From NCBI GenBank assembly GCA_964621445.1, contig CAZUNO010000021.1, positions 1 to 52,498 on the forward strand: DNA of 52,498 nt, given 5' to 3'. Under the pieces are notes generated by a model. That model saw nothing but the letters and a program-made list of their open reading frames with translations, was not told the DNA's origin and made no database searches. Below, piece after piece: positions 18,684-27,768 of this stretch. The DNA comes from Candidatus Hadarchaeota archaeon (GTDB taxonomy: Archaea > CAYQAE01 > CAYVLA01). Position numbers and translations under genes: made by a program. Within the stretch, counting starts at the first letter, position 1, and each line of letters starts with the position of its first letter.

Positions 18684-19299
18684 TAGAGATCCCTACATAT
18701 CCCTATTCTCCAGGTTTGAGGAGAGGACCAAGATCCTGATCGGTTCAGCCGTGGCCACCGCTTTTGCCATAGGTGCCGTTTATCTAATAATGACAAATCC
18801 CCTCGAGCAATGGATGAAGATTGCCATCATATGGGGCCTGCTAATTCCTCTATCCTACCACGTTTTGAAGGATCAAGCCCAGGAATTCCCCGACTCCCTA
18901 AGACTTCCTGGAGTGCCCGTTGGATCCACCTGGCAGCAGGGTGCTGCAAGCAAACATGAGCCACCTGTCAATGGCGAAAAGGCCCGTACCGAAATTGTTC
19001 TTTCCAGACTTGGCTATACCATAGCAGACGCTGATGGAATGCCAGTCGACATCCTGGCAACATCGGATAGCGGGAAGAGCGTTGTGGTGAAGATTTGTGA
19101 TGATAAGGCGGGTATCCTTGCCCTGCAGGATGTCATGAAGGCCATGATGAAGAACCGGTCAAAGGAGGCCATGCTAATCGCACCAGGAGGATCCACCTCC
19201 GCCGCTAGGCGTTTTCTTCACCAAATGAGTTCGGGGAAGAACGTGAGGATAACCTTCTGGAACAGCGCCCATTGCCTCGAGAACCAGAAAATCCGGTAG
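18673..19299 (+). CDS. membrane-anchored Mrr-like (PD-(D/E)XK fold) protein, catalytic motif degenerate
   Basis: Two TM helices, then LSRLGY...VDILA...VVVKIC...GILALQDV..AM...AMLIAPGGSTSAAR, which follows the Mrr catalytic-domain pattern. Confidence 0.6.
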   Translation: MTPSRDPYISLFSRFEERTKILIGSAVATAFAIGAVYLIMTNPLEQWMKIAIIWGLLIPLSYHVLKDQAQEFPDSLRLPGVPVGSTWQQGAASKHEPPVNGEKARTEIVLSRLGYTIADADGMPVDILATSDSGKSVVVKICDDKAGILALQDVMKAMMKNRSKEAMLIAPGGSTSAARRFLHQMSSGKNVRITFWNSAHCLENQKIR

Positions 19300-19350
19300 A
19301 ATTAGGAAAAAGAGAATAAAGGGCCCCCAACATCCTTTTTAGGGTTCAAC

Positions 19351-21108
19351 TTGCTCTATAGAAGGTTATCGGAAACGCTCCAGGAGATCGAGGAAACAAC
19401 CAAGAGGACCGAGATGATCGATCATCTCGTTCAGCTACTACGAGAAGTCACACCCCAGGAAATCGACAAGGTCTGCTATATGTCCATGGGGAGAATTCAC
19501 CCTCCTTATGTTGAGCGGGAGATAGGTGTGGGAGAAAAACTTGCAATCAAGGCCATATCCGAGGCAGCCGGGAAAAGGGAAGAGGAGGTATCGGAAAGAT
19601 ACAAAGAGAGCGGGGACCTGGGGAAGACCATCAAGAAGATGCTAGAAAGAAAGACCCAACGTTCCCTCACCGAACAGGATTTGACAGTTACCAAGGTACA
19701 CGAGACGTTGGACAAGATGTCCAAGACCAGCGGGAAGGGAAGTCAGGCAGAGAAGATCGGCCTCTTGGCTGGTCTTCTTAGGGACGCAACATCACTAGAG
19801 GCAAAATACATACTGAGAACCGTTCTGGGTAGGCTTAGGCTCGGAATCGCGGAGATGACCCTTCTAGATGCACTGGCCGTGGCTTTCGGAGGGGGGAAGG
19901 ACTCCCGCCCTCAAATAGAGAGGGCCTATAACCTATCCTCTGATATAGGACTGGTAAGCAGATCCCTAATACGGGAGGGATTGGAAGGGGTAAAAAACAC
20001 CAAAGTGACGGTTGGCAGGCCTGTGCAACTCCAACTAGCGGAGAGGCTAAAGGACATCGATGAAATACTTGAGAAGCTCGGAGGAGAATGCGCGGCTGAA
20101 TACAAGTATGATGGAATTCGAATACAGGCACACATATCCCCCCAGGAGACCAAGCTCTATTCAAGACGTCAGGAGGATATCACCTCCCAATTCCCGGACG
20201 TGGTGCGTGCTCTAGGTGAATCGGTAGAGGCAGAGACGGCAATACTGGACGGGGAATGCGTCCCCCTCGAACCAAATACGGGTGATTTACTACCATTCCA
20301 GGCCGTCTCACAGAGGAGAGGACGCAAGTATGACGTGGAGAAGATGACCGAGGAGATACCTGTGGTCTTCTTTCTATTCGATGCCCTGCTAATTAATGAT
20401 CAAGACCTTACTCACAAGAGCTACTTTCAGAGAACTGAGATGCTCTCCAAATCGTTCATAGAAAGCGATCACCTAAAGATGGCAAACAGGATAATATCCG
20501 GAGATCCATCGGAGATCAAGGATTTCTTTGAGAAAGCCATCAATGAGGGGACGGAGGGGTTAATCTGCAAATCGACATCAGAGGACAGCACCTATCAGGC
20601 CGGGAAGAGAGGGTGGATGTGGATTAAATGGAAGCGCTCTTATCGCTCGGAAATGGCGGACACGGTGGATTTGGTGGTGGTAGGTGCTTTTGCTGGCAAG
20701 GGACGAAGAGCGGGCACCTATGGAGCCCTATTGATGGCAGCCTATGATGACCAGCGGGATGTATTTGAAACGGCATGCAAACTGGGTACCGGTTTCACGG
20801 ACGAGGAGCTGGAGGAACTACCGGACATCTTGGAACCAATTTCCTCTGACGAACCTCCTGCCAACCTGGAATCCACGGTCGAACCCGATATATGGGTCCT
20901 CCCGGAAATCGTCCTGGAGGTAATAGGCGATGAGATAACCCTGTCTCCCGTCCACACGTGTTGTTTCGATTCCGTAAGGGAAGGTAGCGGGCTGGCGGTA
21001 AGATTCCCGAGGATGATTAGAAGACGCCCTCACCGAGAGGCCACGGATGCGACCACAACCAGGGAATTGCTTGAACTATACCAGATGCAGCGAAAACAGA
21101 TTTCCTGA
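19351..21108 (+). CDS. lig: ATP-dependent DNA ligase (archaeal type)
   Basis: EYKYDGIRIQAH (adenylated Lys), ILDGE, EGLICK, WIKWK, DLVVVGA..GKGRRAG, GTGFTDE and VRFPR, plus an N-terminal DNA-binding domain. Confidence 0.97.
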   Translation: MLYRRLSETLQEIEETTKRTEMIDHLVQLLREVTPQEIDKVCYMSMGRIHPPYVEREIGVGEKLAIKAISEAAGKREEEVSERYKESGDLGKTIKKMLERKTQRSLTEQDLTVTKVHETLDKMSKTSGKGSQAEKIGLLAGLLRDATSLEAKYILRTVLGRLRLGIAEMTLLDALAVAFGGGKDSRPQIERAYNLSSDIGLVSRSLIREGLEGVKNTKVTVGRPVQLQLAERLKDIDEILEKLGGECAAEYKYDGIRIQAHISPQETKLYSRRQEDITSQFPDVVRALGESVEAETAILDGECVPLEPNTGDLLPFQAVSQRRGRKYDVEKMTEEIPVVFFLFDALLINDQDLTHKSYFQRTEMLSKSFIESDHLKMANRIISGDPSEIKDFFEKAINEGTEGLICKSTSEDSTYQAGKRGWMWIKWKRSYRSEMADTVDLVVVGAFAGKGRRAGTYGALLMAAYDDQRDVFETACKLGTGFTDEELEELPDILEPISSDEPPANLESTVEPDIWVLPEIVLEVIGDEITLSPVHTCCFDSVREGSGLAVRFPRMIRRRPHREATDATTTRELLELYQMQRKQIS

Positions 21109-21139
21109 ACAGCCCTGAAAAAGTAGGATTGGGGCAACT

Positions 21140-21895
21140 TCATAGCGGCAGCTCGTCGAAGGTATAGACTCCAGTGTTCCTCTCCCTTCTGAAAGTCTCC
21201 CCCAGAGCAGTTCTGCCCTTGGTTCCCTGAAGTATGTGTTTGGCATTCTCCATAATCTCCCCCACCGATCTGCCCAGCTCGTAGGGGTCATCCTTCACCT
21301 GTTCGTAGTTGGGAACCAGTGAACGAAAGACACTCTCTGGTACCGTGCTTCTCCAGGACTCCATACCAAAAACAACCTGAAATCTCAAAGCATCCTCTGC
21401 GCTCCTCTTCTTGGAATAATAACCTGAGATATCCACAACGCAATCAGCATCCTCAAAGGCGGGATAATATATGGCCTTAATGGGATGAACCTTCAATCCC
21501 TCCTCTATCTGCTCGGGTGCGAAACTGGGAATCGAAGCCTGACTAACCGCATCCCGGAAAATTTCGTATGTAGCGATTCTGTCCGGGTCACCTGGAGTCC
21601 AGGTATCCTCTGGATCGTGCATTATTGCTATATCGGGATTATTTTCACGAATTATCCTGACCACTTTCTTCTTGGCCTCGACGGTTGGCCATACATTTCC
21701 CCGTGGGAGATCCAGGAAATATAGATCCACATCCAGGATATCCGCAGCCTCCCGAATTTGATCCTTTTGCTCATCATCATACTCCACGGCAACGATAACG
21801 CCGGACCATCCCCCCTTCCCGTGTTTCATAAGAGTGCCGCCAACTCTAACGAACTCAACCGCGTAAGTGGTCAAACACAAAATATCCGAGGCCAT
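21140..21895 (-). CDS. PIG-L/LmbE family protein with altered metal-binding motifs (start moved to ATG 21895)
   Basis: ILCLTTYAVEFVRVGGTL, EAADILDV, IIRENNPDIAIMHDPED, GDPDR, VDISGYYSKK..A and GETF follow the PIG-L fold pattern. Confidence 0.7.
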   Translation of the reverse strand: MASDILCLTTYAVEFVRVGGTLMKHGKGGWSGVIVAVEYDDEQKDQIREAADILDVDLYFLDLPRGNVWPTVEAKKKVVRIIRENNPDIAIMHDPEDTWTPGDPDRIATYEIFRDAVSQASIPSFAPEQIEEGLKVHPIKAIYYPAFEDADCVVDISGYYSKKRSAEDALRFQVVFGMESWRSTVPESVFRSLVPNYEQVKDDPYELGRSVGEIMENAKHILQGTKGRTALGETFRRERNTGVYTFDELPL

Positions 21896-22033
21896 TTGCA
21901 ATCGGAAAAAGGAGCCCTCGGAATAATAAAAATACGATCCCAATTGACCCCCAGTGCCAGTGTTTTTCCCAATCAAGTGCCGCAGGAGAATATAGTAAAA
22001 AGGGAGGGAGTAACTCATGGTTTGGTGGAAAGG

Positions 22034-22903
22034 ATGGAAATAGGTTTCATAGGGTTGGGTATCATGGGCAAACCGATGTCCTTGAACCTGGTAGAGGCTG
22101 GATACTCACTGACCGTCTATAACCGGACCAGAAGCAAGTGCAAACCATTGGAGGAAGCAGGGGCAAAGGTTGTTGATTCTCCCGCCGATGTAGCCACCCT
22201 TTCAGATGTGATAATCACCATCGTGACCGATACTCCCGACGTGAGGGAGGTCCTTTTCTCGCCCGATGGCGTGGCTGACGGGCTGTCACCTGGGAAAATC
22301 GTTGTTGACATGAGCACCATTTCGCCGGAGGACACCGTAGATTTTGCCTCACGGCTTTCGGAGATGGAGGTGGAGATGCTTGATGCCCCGGTCAGCGGGG
22401 GGCAGAGCGGCGCCCAAGGAGGTACCCTGGCAATAATGGTCGGTGGAAAGAAATCTACTTTCGAAAAATGTCTCCCTCTGTTTGAAGTCATGGGCAAAAA
22501 CGTGGTTCACGTTGGCGGGAACGGCGATGGTCAGAGGGTTAAGCTTGTTAATCAGGTTATTTGCGGATTAAATATACTGGCCGTTGTTGAGGGATTCAGA
22601 TTTGCCAGGAAGTCCGGTTTGGACGTGAAGACCACCCACAAGGTGGTTTCCACAGGAGCTGCCTCTTCCTGGATGCTATCCAACCTTGGTCGATCCATTC
22701 TTGAAGGTGACTACTCACCAGGCTTCAAGATCGAGCTCCAGGCTAAGGACCTACGACTGGCGGTGGAGTCCATGAGGAGGCTGGATATGGACGCGGCTGG
22801 AACCGAACTCACCTATTCCTTGTTCAAAGAGGCCACTGAGGAAGGTCTAGGAGAGCTGGGTACCCAGGGTTTACTTAAGCTCCTCGAAGCCCAGGAAGAA
22901 TGA
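22034..22903 (+). CDS. NAD(P)-dependent beta-hydroxyacid dehydrogenase (2-hydroxy-3-oxopropionate reductase/HIBADH family); start moved to ATG 22034
   Basis: IGFIGLGIMG, VYNRT, DMSTISP, DAPVSGG and KLVNQ. GGTGG SD 5 nt before the ATG. Confidence 0.92.
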   Translation: MEIGFIGLGIMGKPMSLNLVEAGYSLTVYNRTRSKCKPLEEAGAKVVDSPADVATLSDVIITIVTDTPDVREVLFSPDGVADGLSPGKIVVDMSTISPEDTVDFASRLSEMEVEMLDAPVSGGQSGAQGGTLAIMVGGKKSTFEKCLPLFEVMGKNVVHVGGNGDGQRVKLVNQVICGLNILAVVEGFRFARKSGLDVKTTHKVVSTGAASSWMLSNLGRSILEGDYSPGFKIELQAKDLRLAVESMRRLDMDAAGTELTYSLFKEATEEGLGELGTQGLLKLLEAQEE

Positions 22904-22954
22904 TATTCTAAGGGGCGCAATCTCTAGGTTAGATGAAAGGGGAAAGTAGGGGAT

Positions 22955-24166
22955 ATGTCTCCAACAAGAACGGTCAGATTTGCCTCCTTATTCCTGTTGC
23001 TTTTTCTCCCTTTGATATTTGGGATGGAAACTAGGGTAGACCCCGCCACTGATGAGATCCGAACCATATATGGACGTGCTCCCACCCAACCTTACCAATA
23101 CGCCCTTGAAGATCCGAGGATCCAAATTCTATCCACGCTTCCCTGGCTAACCTACGCTAATCCGGCCCAGGACTTGGATTATGCCAGAAGGTTGGCAAGG
23201 ATATACCTACCTAGAAGCAAGGAAAGACTCCTCGAAACCACGGATCTCATAGTTCTAGATGACATCGACTCGGCCATATTCCCTACCAAGAACCTTGTCT
23301 GGTTCAAGGAGGCGGTTTACGAAGACGGACTCGGTGCCGTGATGGGCGGGGGATCGCAGGGGTTCGGAGGAAACCCGCCATTCACAGGCTGGGGAGAAAC
23401 CCCGCTTTACCCCATTATACCGGTGGAATGTCCCCACGAAAGTCGTTTTCCAAAGTCCTATCTGGTAAAGTTCAAGGTCGTCGCGCCGGAGAACGAGCTG
23501 GCTGCCAGTCTTCCCTGGGAAAATGCGCCTCTCTACTACCCGCCGAACGAGATCCCGCCCAAGGACGGCTGTAAACTTCTAATCGTTTCCGATGACGATA
23601 AGAGAACACCGATCTTTTTCTATTGGGATATCGGGGAAGGCAGGTTCGTTGGCGTTCAGAGCATAAAGGCAGCTTTTGGAAAGGGTTACAACGAATGGGA
23701 GTTCTTCCAGGACTCCATTTTAAACACCCTTTACTTCTCAGTTGACTTCCCGATCCCAGGTGATGTGGAAATAGTCCACCAGTTAAGGGAGAAATGGACC
23801 CAGTATCACCTCCGTATCAAGCTTCTGATGAGCCTTATCGATTTTGCCGATCAATTCGGGGCCAATACGAGGGAGATAACCACCGGGATCGATTCCCTCG
23901 AGGAGATGCGATCCCGATCTGACCAGCTATATATGGAAGCGGAATATTCGGAATCCCTCGACCTGATAAAAGCCGTAATAGAAGACATCGATCGTCTGGA
24001 AGAACTTTCAATCGAACTGAAGGACCGAGCCCTCACCTGGATATACATCGTCGAGTGGTTAGCCGTATTTGCCACCCTGATGATCTCAGGATTCATCCTT
24101 TGGACCGTGATGATAAGGCGTTCGCTCTACCGTGATGTCCGGGTAACATCCGACCGTCAGGAATAA
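22955..24166 (+). CDS. surface protein with signal peptide, class I GATase-like (DUF1355-type) domain, helical stalk and C-terminal TM (paralog 1 of 3)
   Basis: DLIVLDD...W...V..DGLG..MGGGSQGFGG....W.ETPL..IIPV (GATase1-like). C-terminal WIYIVEW...SGFILW..MIRRSLY. Confidence 0.7.
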   Translation: MSPTRTVRFASLFLLLFLPLIFGMETRVDPATDEIRTIYGRAPTQPYQYALEDPRIQILSTLPWLTYANPAQDLDYARRLARIYLPRSKERLLETTDLIVLDDIDSAIFPTKNLVWFKEAVYEDGLGAVMGGGSQGFGGNPPFTGWGETPLYPIIPVECPHESRFPKSYLVKFKVVAPENELAASLPWENAPLYYPPNEIPPKDGCKLLIVSDDDKRTPIFFYWDIGEGRFVGVQSIKAAFGKGYNEWEFFQDSILNTLYFSVDFPIPGDVEIVHQLREKWTQYHLRIKLLMSLIDFADQFGANTREITTGIDSLEEMRSRSDQLYMEAEYSESLDLIKAVIEDIDRLEELSIELKDRALTWIYIVEWLAVFATLMISGFILWTVMIRRSLYRDVRVTSDRQE

Positions 24167-24219
24167 ACCAAGGTTCATAGTTATCAACTGATTCCCTATC
24201 CATAATCCCAGGTGCTTTC

Positions 24220-26673
24220 TTGACCCCAACCATCCATATGATAGCTAATGCACATATCGACCCAGTTTGGCTATGGGTCTGGCAAGATGGTCTGGAAGTT
24301 GCCAGGTCCACCTGCCTCGATGCAGTTGATCTCCTTAGGAAATACCCCCGATACACATTCACCCGTAGTTCGGCTGCGGTTTACAGGTGGATCGAGCAGA
24401 CCGATCCGGACCTCTTTGAGGAAATAACAAGGCTTGTAAAGGAAGATCGTTGGAACATCGTTAATGGATGGTGGGTACAACCAGACTGTAACATCCCATG
24501 TGGTGAATCCCTGGTAAGGCAGGGGCTGTACGGCCAGCTATATTTTGAAGAAAAGTTCGGGAAAAGGGCCAAAGTAGGATTTAACGTGGATACCTTTGGC
24601 CACTGCATATCACTACCCCAGATACTCAGAAAATGCGGACTCAACTCATATGTATTTCACAGGCCTGGAAGCCATGAAAAGAAGCTTTCCAATGATCTAT
24701 TCAACTGGGAATCCCCCGACGGTTCCCGGGTCCTTGCCGCCCGGATTGATGGATATGGAGCCGGGAGCATGGAGGATCTTGAAAAGAAGCTGAGTAAGGC
24801 GAGGGAAAGATCTCGCAAATCCGGAATGGACACCATGTGTTTCTATGGTCACGGTGACCATGGAGGTGGACCGGTGGAGGAGATGGTCCAAGAAATTCAG
24901 GAGCTCAGTGAAACACGTGAAGATGCCAGTATTGAGTTCAGCACTCCCGAACGGTTTTTTGACTCCGTATGGGATGCCAGTGAAGAACTTCCCGTCCTCC
25001 AGGATGAGCTCCAGCACCATTCGCGGGGCTGCTACACGGTGGTTTCGGAGATAAAGAGAATGAACCGGGAGCTTGAAATCCTGCTCCTGAACGCCGAGAA
25101 ATTCTGTGCCCTTTGCTCCCTGCTCTATGGTGCGGAATATCCGAGGGAGATATTGAGAGAATCCTGGCATACCCTGCTATTCCACCAGTTCCATGACGTG
25201 CTTGCCGGGACGTCCATTAGGCCTGCTTATGATGATGCAATGAACAGGCTTAAGGCCGCCCAAATTGCAGCAAGATCCAGGATGGAAATGGCGATCGAAA
25301 CTCTATCCTCGAGAATTAATACCGCGGCGAGAGAAGGACACCAAATACTGGTAATAAACCCGGCCTACTACGAAAGGGAAGATCAGATCGAATTCCAGGA
25401 AACTCTGGATACGGACTCCGGATTAAAGGTAATAGATGATGAAGACCGCATACATGAAGTCCAGGTCCTATCATCGCGTGAAATAGAGGGAAGGAAAAGG
25501 GTACGCGGAATATTCACGGCTGAGCTCCCCCCCGCCGGGTATCGAGTTTTTTGGATACGCAAGGGGGACGCGGTTAAGAAATCGGGCTTGGAGACCCCCG
25601 ACACCCGGATATCTAATTCCCGCTACCTGCTCAAGGTTGATCCCCAAACGGGATTCCTGACCAGCATAGTGGAGGTTGAATCGGGAAGGGAATATCTCAA
25701 CGGGCCATGCAGACCCTTGATCCTGAGGGACGAAAGCGACACCTGGAGCCATGACGTGGACGGTTACAGGGACGAGATCGGGAGCTTTCAAATGAGGGGT
25801 TCTCCCAGGGTGAAATCCGGCCAAGTAAGATCCTTGATCACCACCGATTTCAAATATGAAGACTCCAGTCTCACCCTAAAATACGAGTTAAACGGTGACA
25901 GTCCAGTGATCTATTGCCGGATGGATCTGGACTGGCATGAAAAGCATAAGATGCTCAAGATGTCCATCCCCATAGCTACCTCTCGTCCCAGGGCCCTCTA
26001 TGAGGTCCCCTATGCTACCGTGGAGAGACCAACCAACGGGGAGGAGGAACCGGGCCAGCGTTGGGTGGATGTAATTGGGTCAGGGGATGATGGTTCTGAG
26101 AAATCCTTGCTGGTTCTCAACGATTCAAAATATGGCTTCGATGTACTGGATTCCGAGATTAGAGTTAGCATAGTAAGAAGCCCTGTCTACGCCTTTCACA
26201 GGCCCAGGAAGGTGGACCCCGATAAGACCTATCTGTACACAGATCAGGGCAAGCATGAACTCGATCTCGGTCTCGTACCTCATGGGCGTATGGAAATCTA
26301 CACCAAATTCTCCCTGGCAGAGGCGTTCAACAACCGGCCCTTCTTGGCCTTTTCCAATAAACATCAAGGGGAACTCCCGACATCGGCCAGTCTAATCTCT
26401 GCTGAGCCTAGGAATTTGGCGATAACCGCCTTTAAGATTTCGGAGAGGGACGAGAGGGGCATAGTTCGGGTTTTCGAATCATCTGGCCAGAAAACGAGCG
26501 GGATGATTAGGCTTCCACTAATTGACGTTAAAATCCCGGTTCAACTTGACCCCTGGGAGGTCAAGACATATGCTTTCAGTCCGGACGGTGTTCAGGCGGA
26601 AAATAACATGCTGGAAATAGATATCTCGGAATCCGAGAAGAAGTTATATTCGCCGCGGCCAGGGAACAATTGA
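24220..26673 (+). CDS. alpha-mannosidase, glycoside hydrolase family 38
   Basis: NAHIDPVWLW, GWWVQPDCNIPCGESLVRQ, VDTFGH, YGHGDHGGGP, HSRGCYT, QFHDVLAGTSI and LNDSKYG. Confidence 0.93.
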   Translation: MTPTIHMIANAHIDPVWLWVWQDGLEVARSTCLDAVDLLRKYPRYTFTRSSAAVYRWIEQTDPDLFEEITRLVKEDRWNIVNGWWVQPDCNIPCGESLVRQGLYGQLYFEEKFGKRAKVGFNVDTFGHCISLPQILRKCGLNSYVFHRPGSHEKKLSNDLFNWESPDGSRVLAARIDGYGAGSMEDLEKKLSKARERSRKSGMDTMCFYGHGDHGGGPVEEMVQEIQELSETREDASIEFSTPERFFDSVWDASEELPVLQDELQHHSRGCYTVVSEIKRMNRELEILLLNAEKFCALCSLLYGAEYPREILRESWHTLLFHQFHDVLAGTSIRPAYDDAMNRLKAAQIAARSRMEMAIETLSSRINTAAREGHQILVINPAYYEREDQIEFQETLDTDSGLKVIDDEDRIHEVQVLSSREIEGRKRVRGIFTAELPPAGYRVFWIRKGDAVKKSGLETPDTRISNSRYLLKVDPQTGFLTSIVEVESGREYLNGPCRPLILRDESDTWSHDVDGYRDEIGSFQMRGSPRVKSGQVRSLITTDFKYEDSSLTLKYELNGDSPVIYCRMDLDWHEKHKMLKMSIPIATSRPRALYEVPYATVERPTNGEEEPGQRWVDVIGSGDDGSEKSLLVLNDSKYGFDVLDSEIRVSIVRSPVYAFHRPRKVDPDKTYLYTDQGKHELDLGLVPHGRMEIYTKFSLAEAFNNRPFLAFSNKHQGELPTSASLISAEPRNLAITAFKISERDERGIVRVFESSGQKTSGMIRLPLIDVKIPVQLDPWEVKTYAFSPDGVQAENNMLEIDISESEKKLYSPRPGNN

Positions 26674-26674
26674 T

Positions 26675-27733
26675 ATGAACAAACGGGAGAGAGTTCTCAG
26701 GGCGGTGGAGATGCGTAGACCCGACCGCCTGCCCATACTGCATGAATACTTACCCGCTGCCATGCTCCAACACGGTCATGGATTGATCGAACTTCTTGCC
26801 AAGTACCCGAATGACTTCGGGTCCTCGCAGCACACCATCCCAAAGGTCTCGGAACTCTCTCCCTCCTACCGGGCCGGTGAATCTCGTGATGAGTGGGGAA
26901 CGGTTTGGAGGTCGACTGCAGACGGTATACACGGACAGGTTATAGACTACCCAATTAAGAATTGGGAAGATGCCGCGGAATACGAGTTCCCGGAACTCCC
27001 CGGCGATGAAGAGATAAAAAGAAGGAAAGAACAGGTCGCAGAGGCCAAGAAACGGATCTTCGTCAGGGCGGGTTTCAATCCCGGCAACTATTTTGAGAGG
27101 CTCCAATGGCTAACGGGTTTCAAAACGGTGCTTACCAGCTTGGTAAGGAGACCACCCCAGTTTGTGCAATTTGCCGACAGGCTCCTCGAATACTGTCTGG
27201 AATCGATCTCAAAAATACTGGAAACCGACCCCGACTGCGTCACCTTCGCCGATGACTGGGGGGCCCAGGACAGGCTCTTGATCAGGCCTCAAATATGGGA
27301 GGACTTCTTCAGGCCCCGATACGAAAGGATGTTCAGTCTAGTCCGGGAAAACGGTGCATACGTGCAATTCCACTCCGATGGTTACATAATTGACATAATA
27401 GAATCCCTTCACGAGATCGGTGTTAACATCCTCAACCCTCAATTTTCCTGCCATGACCTCGAAGAATTGGCCGATGTCACCCGGGGAAGACTTTGCATAC
27501 TTTCGGACATAGACCGTCAGGATCTCCTCCCCAGGGGGACCAGGGAACAGATCAGGGAATACGTCGAAAACATGATTGATCTCTTCGGAAGGCGGAACCA
27601 GGGTGGCCTAATAGGCAGGGGCGAATTGAACAAGGACGTACCTCTCAAGAACGTAAAGGCCCTCTATGATTCATTACTCGAATATGGTAAATACAACTGG
27701 AATCCAAGCCAGCGATTAGGCCAGGGACCCTAG
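26675..27733 (+). CDS. URO-D/MtaA-CmuA family (methyltransferase-like) protein
   Basis: MNKRERVLRA...PDRLP, DEWGTVW, FADDWGAQ..LLI.P..W..FF.P.Y, HSDG and IDRQ..LP.GT. Starts 1 nt after the GH38 stop. Confidence 0.85.
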   Translation: MNKRERVLRAVEMRRPDRLPILHEYLPAAMLQHGHGLIELLAKYPNDFGSSQHTIPKVSELSPSYRAGESRDEWGTVWRSTADGIHGQVIDYPIKNWEDAAEYEFPELPGDEEIKRRKEQVAEAKKRIFVRAGFNPGNYFERLQWLTGFKTVLTSLVRRPPQFVQFADRLLEYCLESISKILETDPDCVTFADDWGAQDRLLIRPQIWEDFFRPRYERMFSLVRENGAYVQFHSDGYIIDIIESLHEIGVNILNPQFSCHDLEELADVTRGRLCILSDIDRQDLLPRGTREQIREYVENMIDLFGRRNQGGLIGRGELNKDVPLKNVKALYDSLLEYGKYNWNPSQRLGQGP

Positions 27734-27768
27734 TTTCTTGGTTTAATGTCCAAGCGGTCATTGGTGAC

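Noticed and set aside
21758-22033. Mutually overlapping N-terminal extensions of the PIG-L and dehydrogenase ORFs
   Set aside because: Family-like sequence begins at 21895(-) and 22034(+), leaving an ordinary divergent intergenic region.
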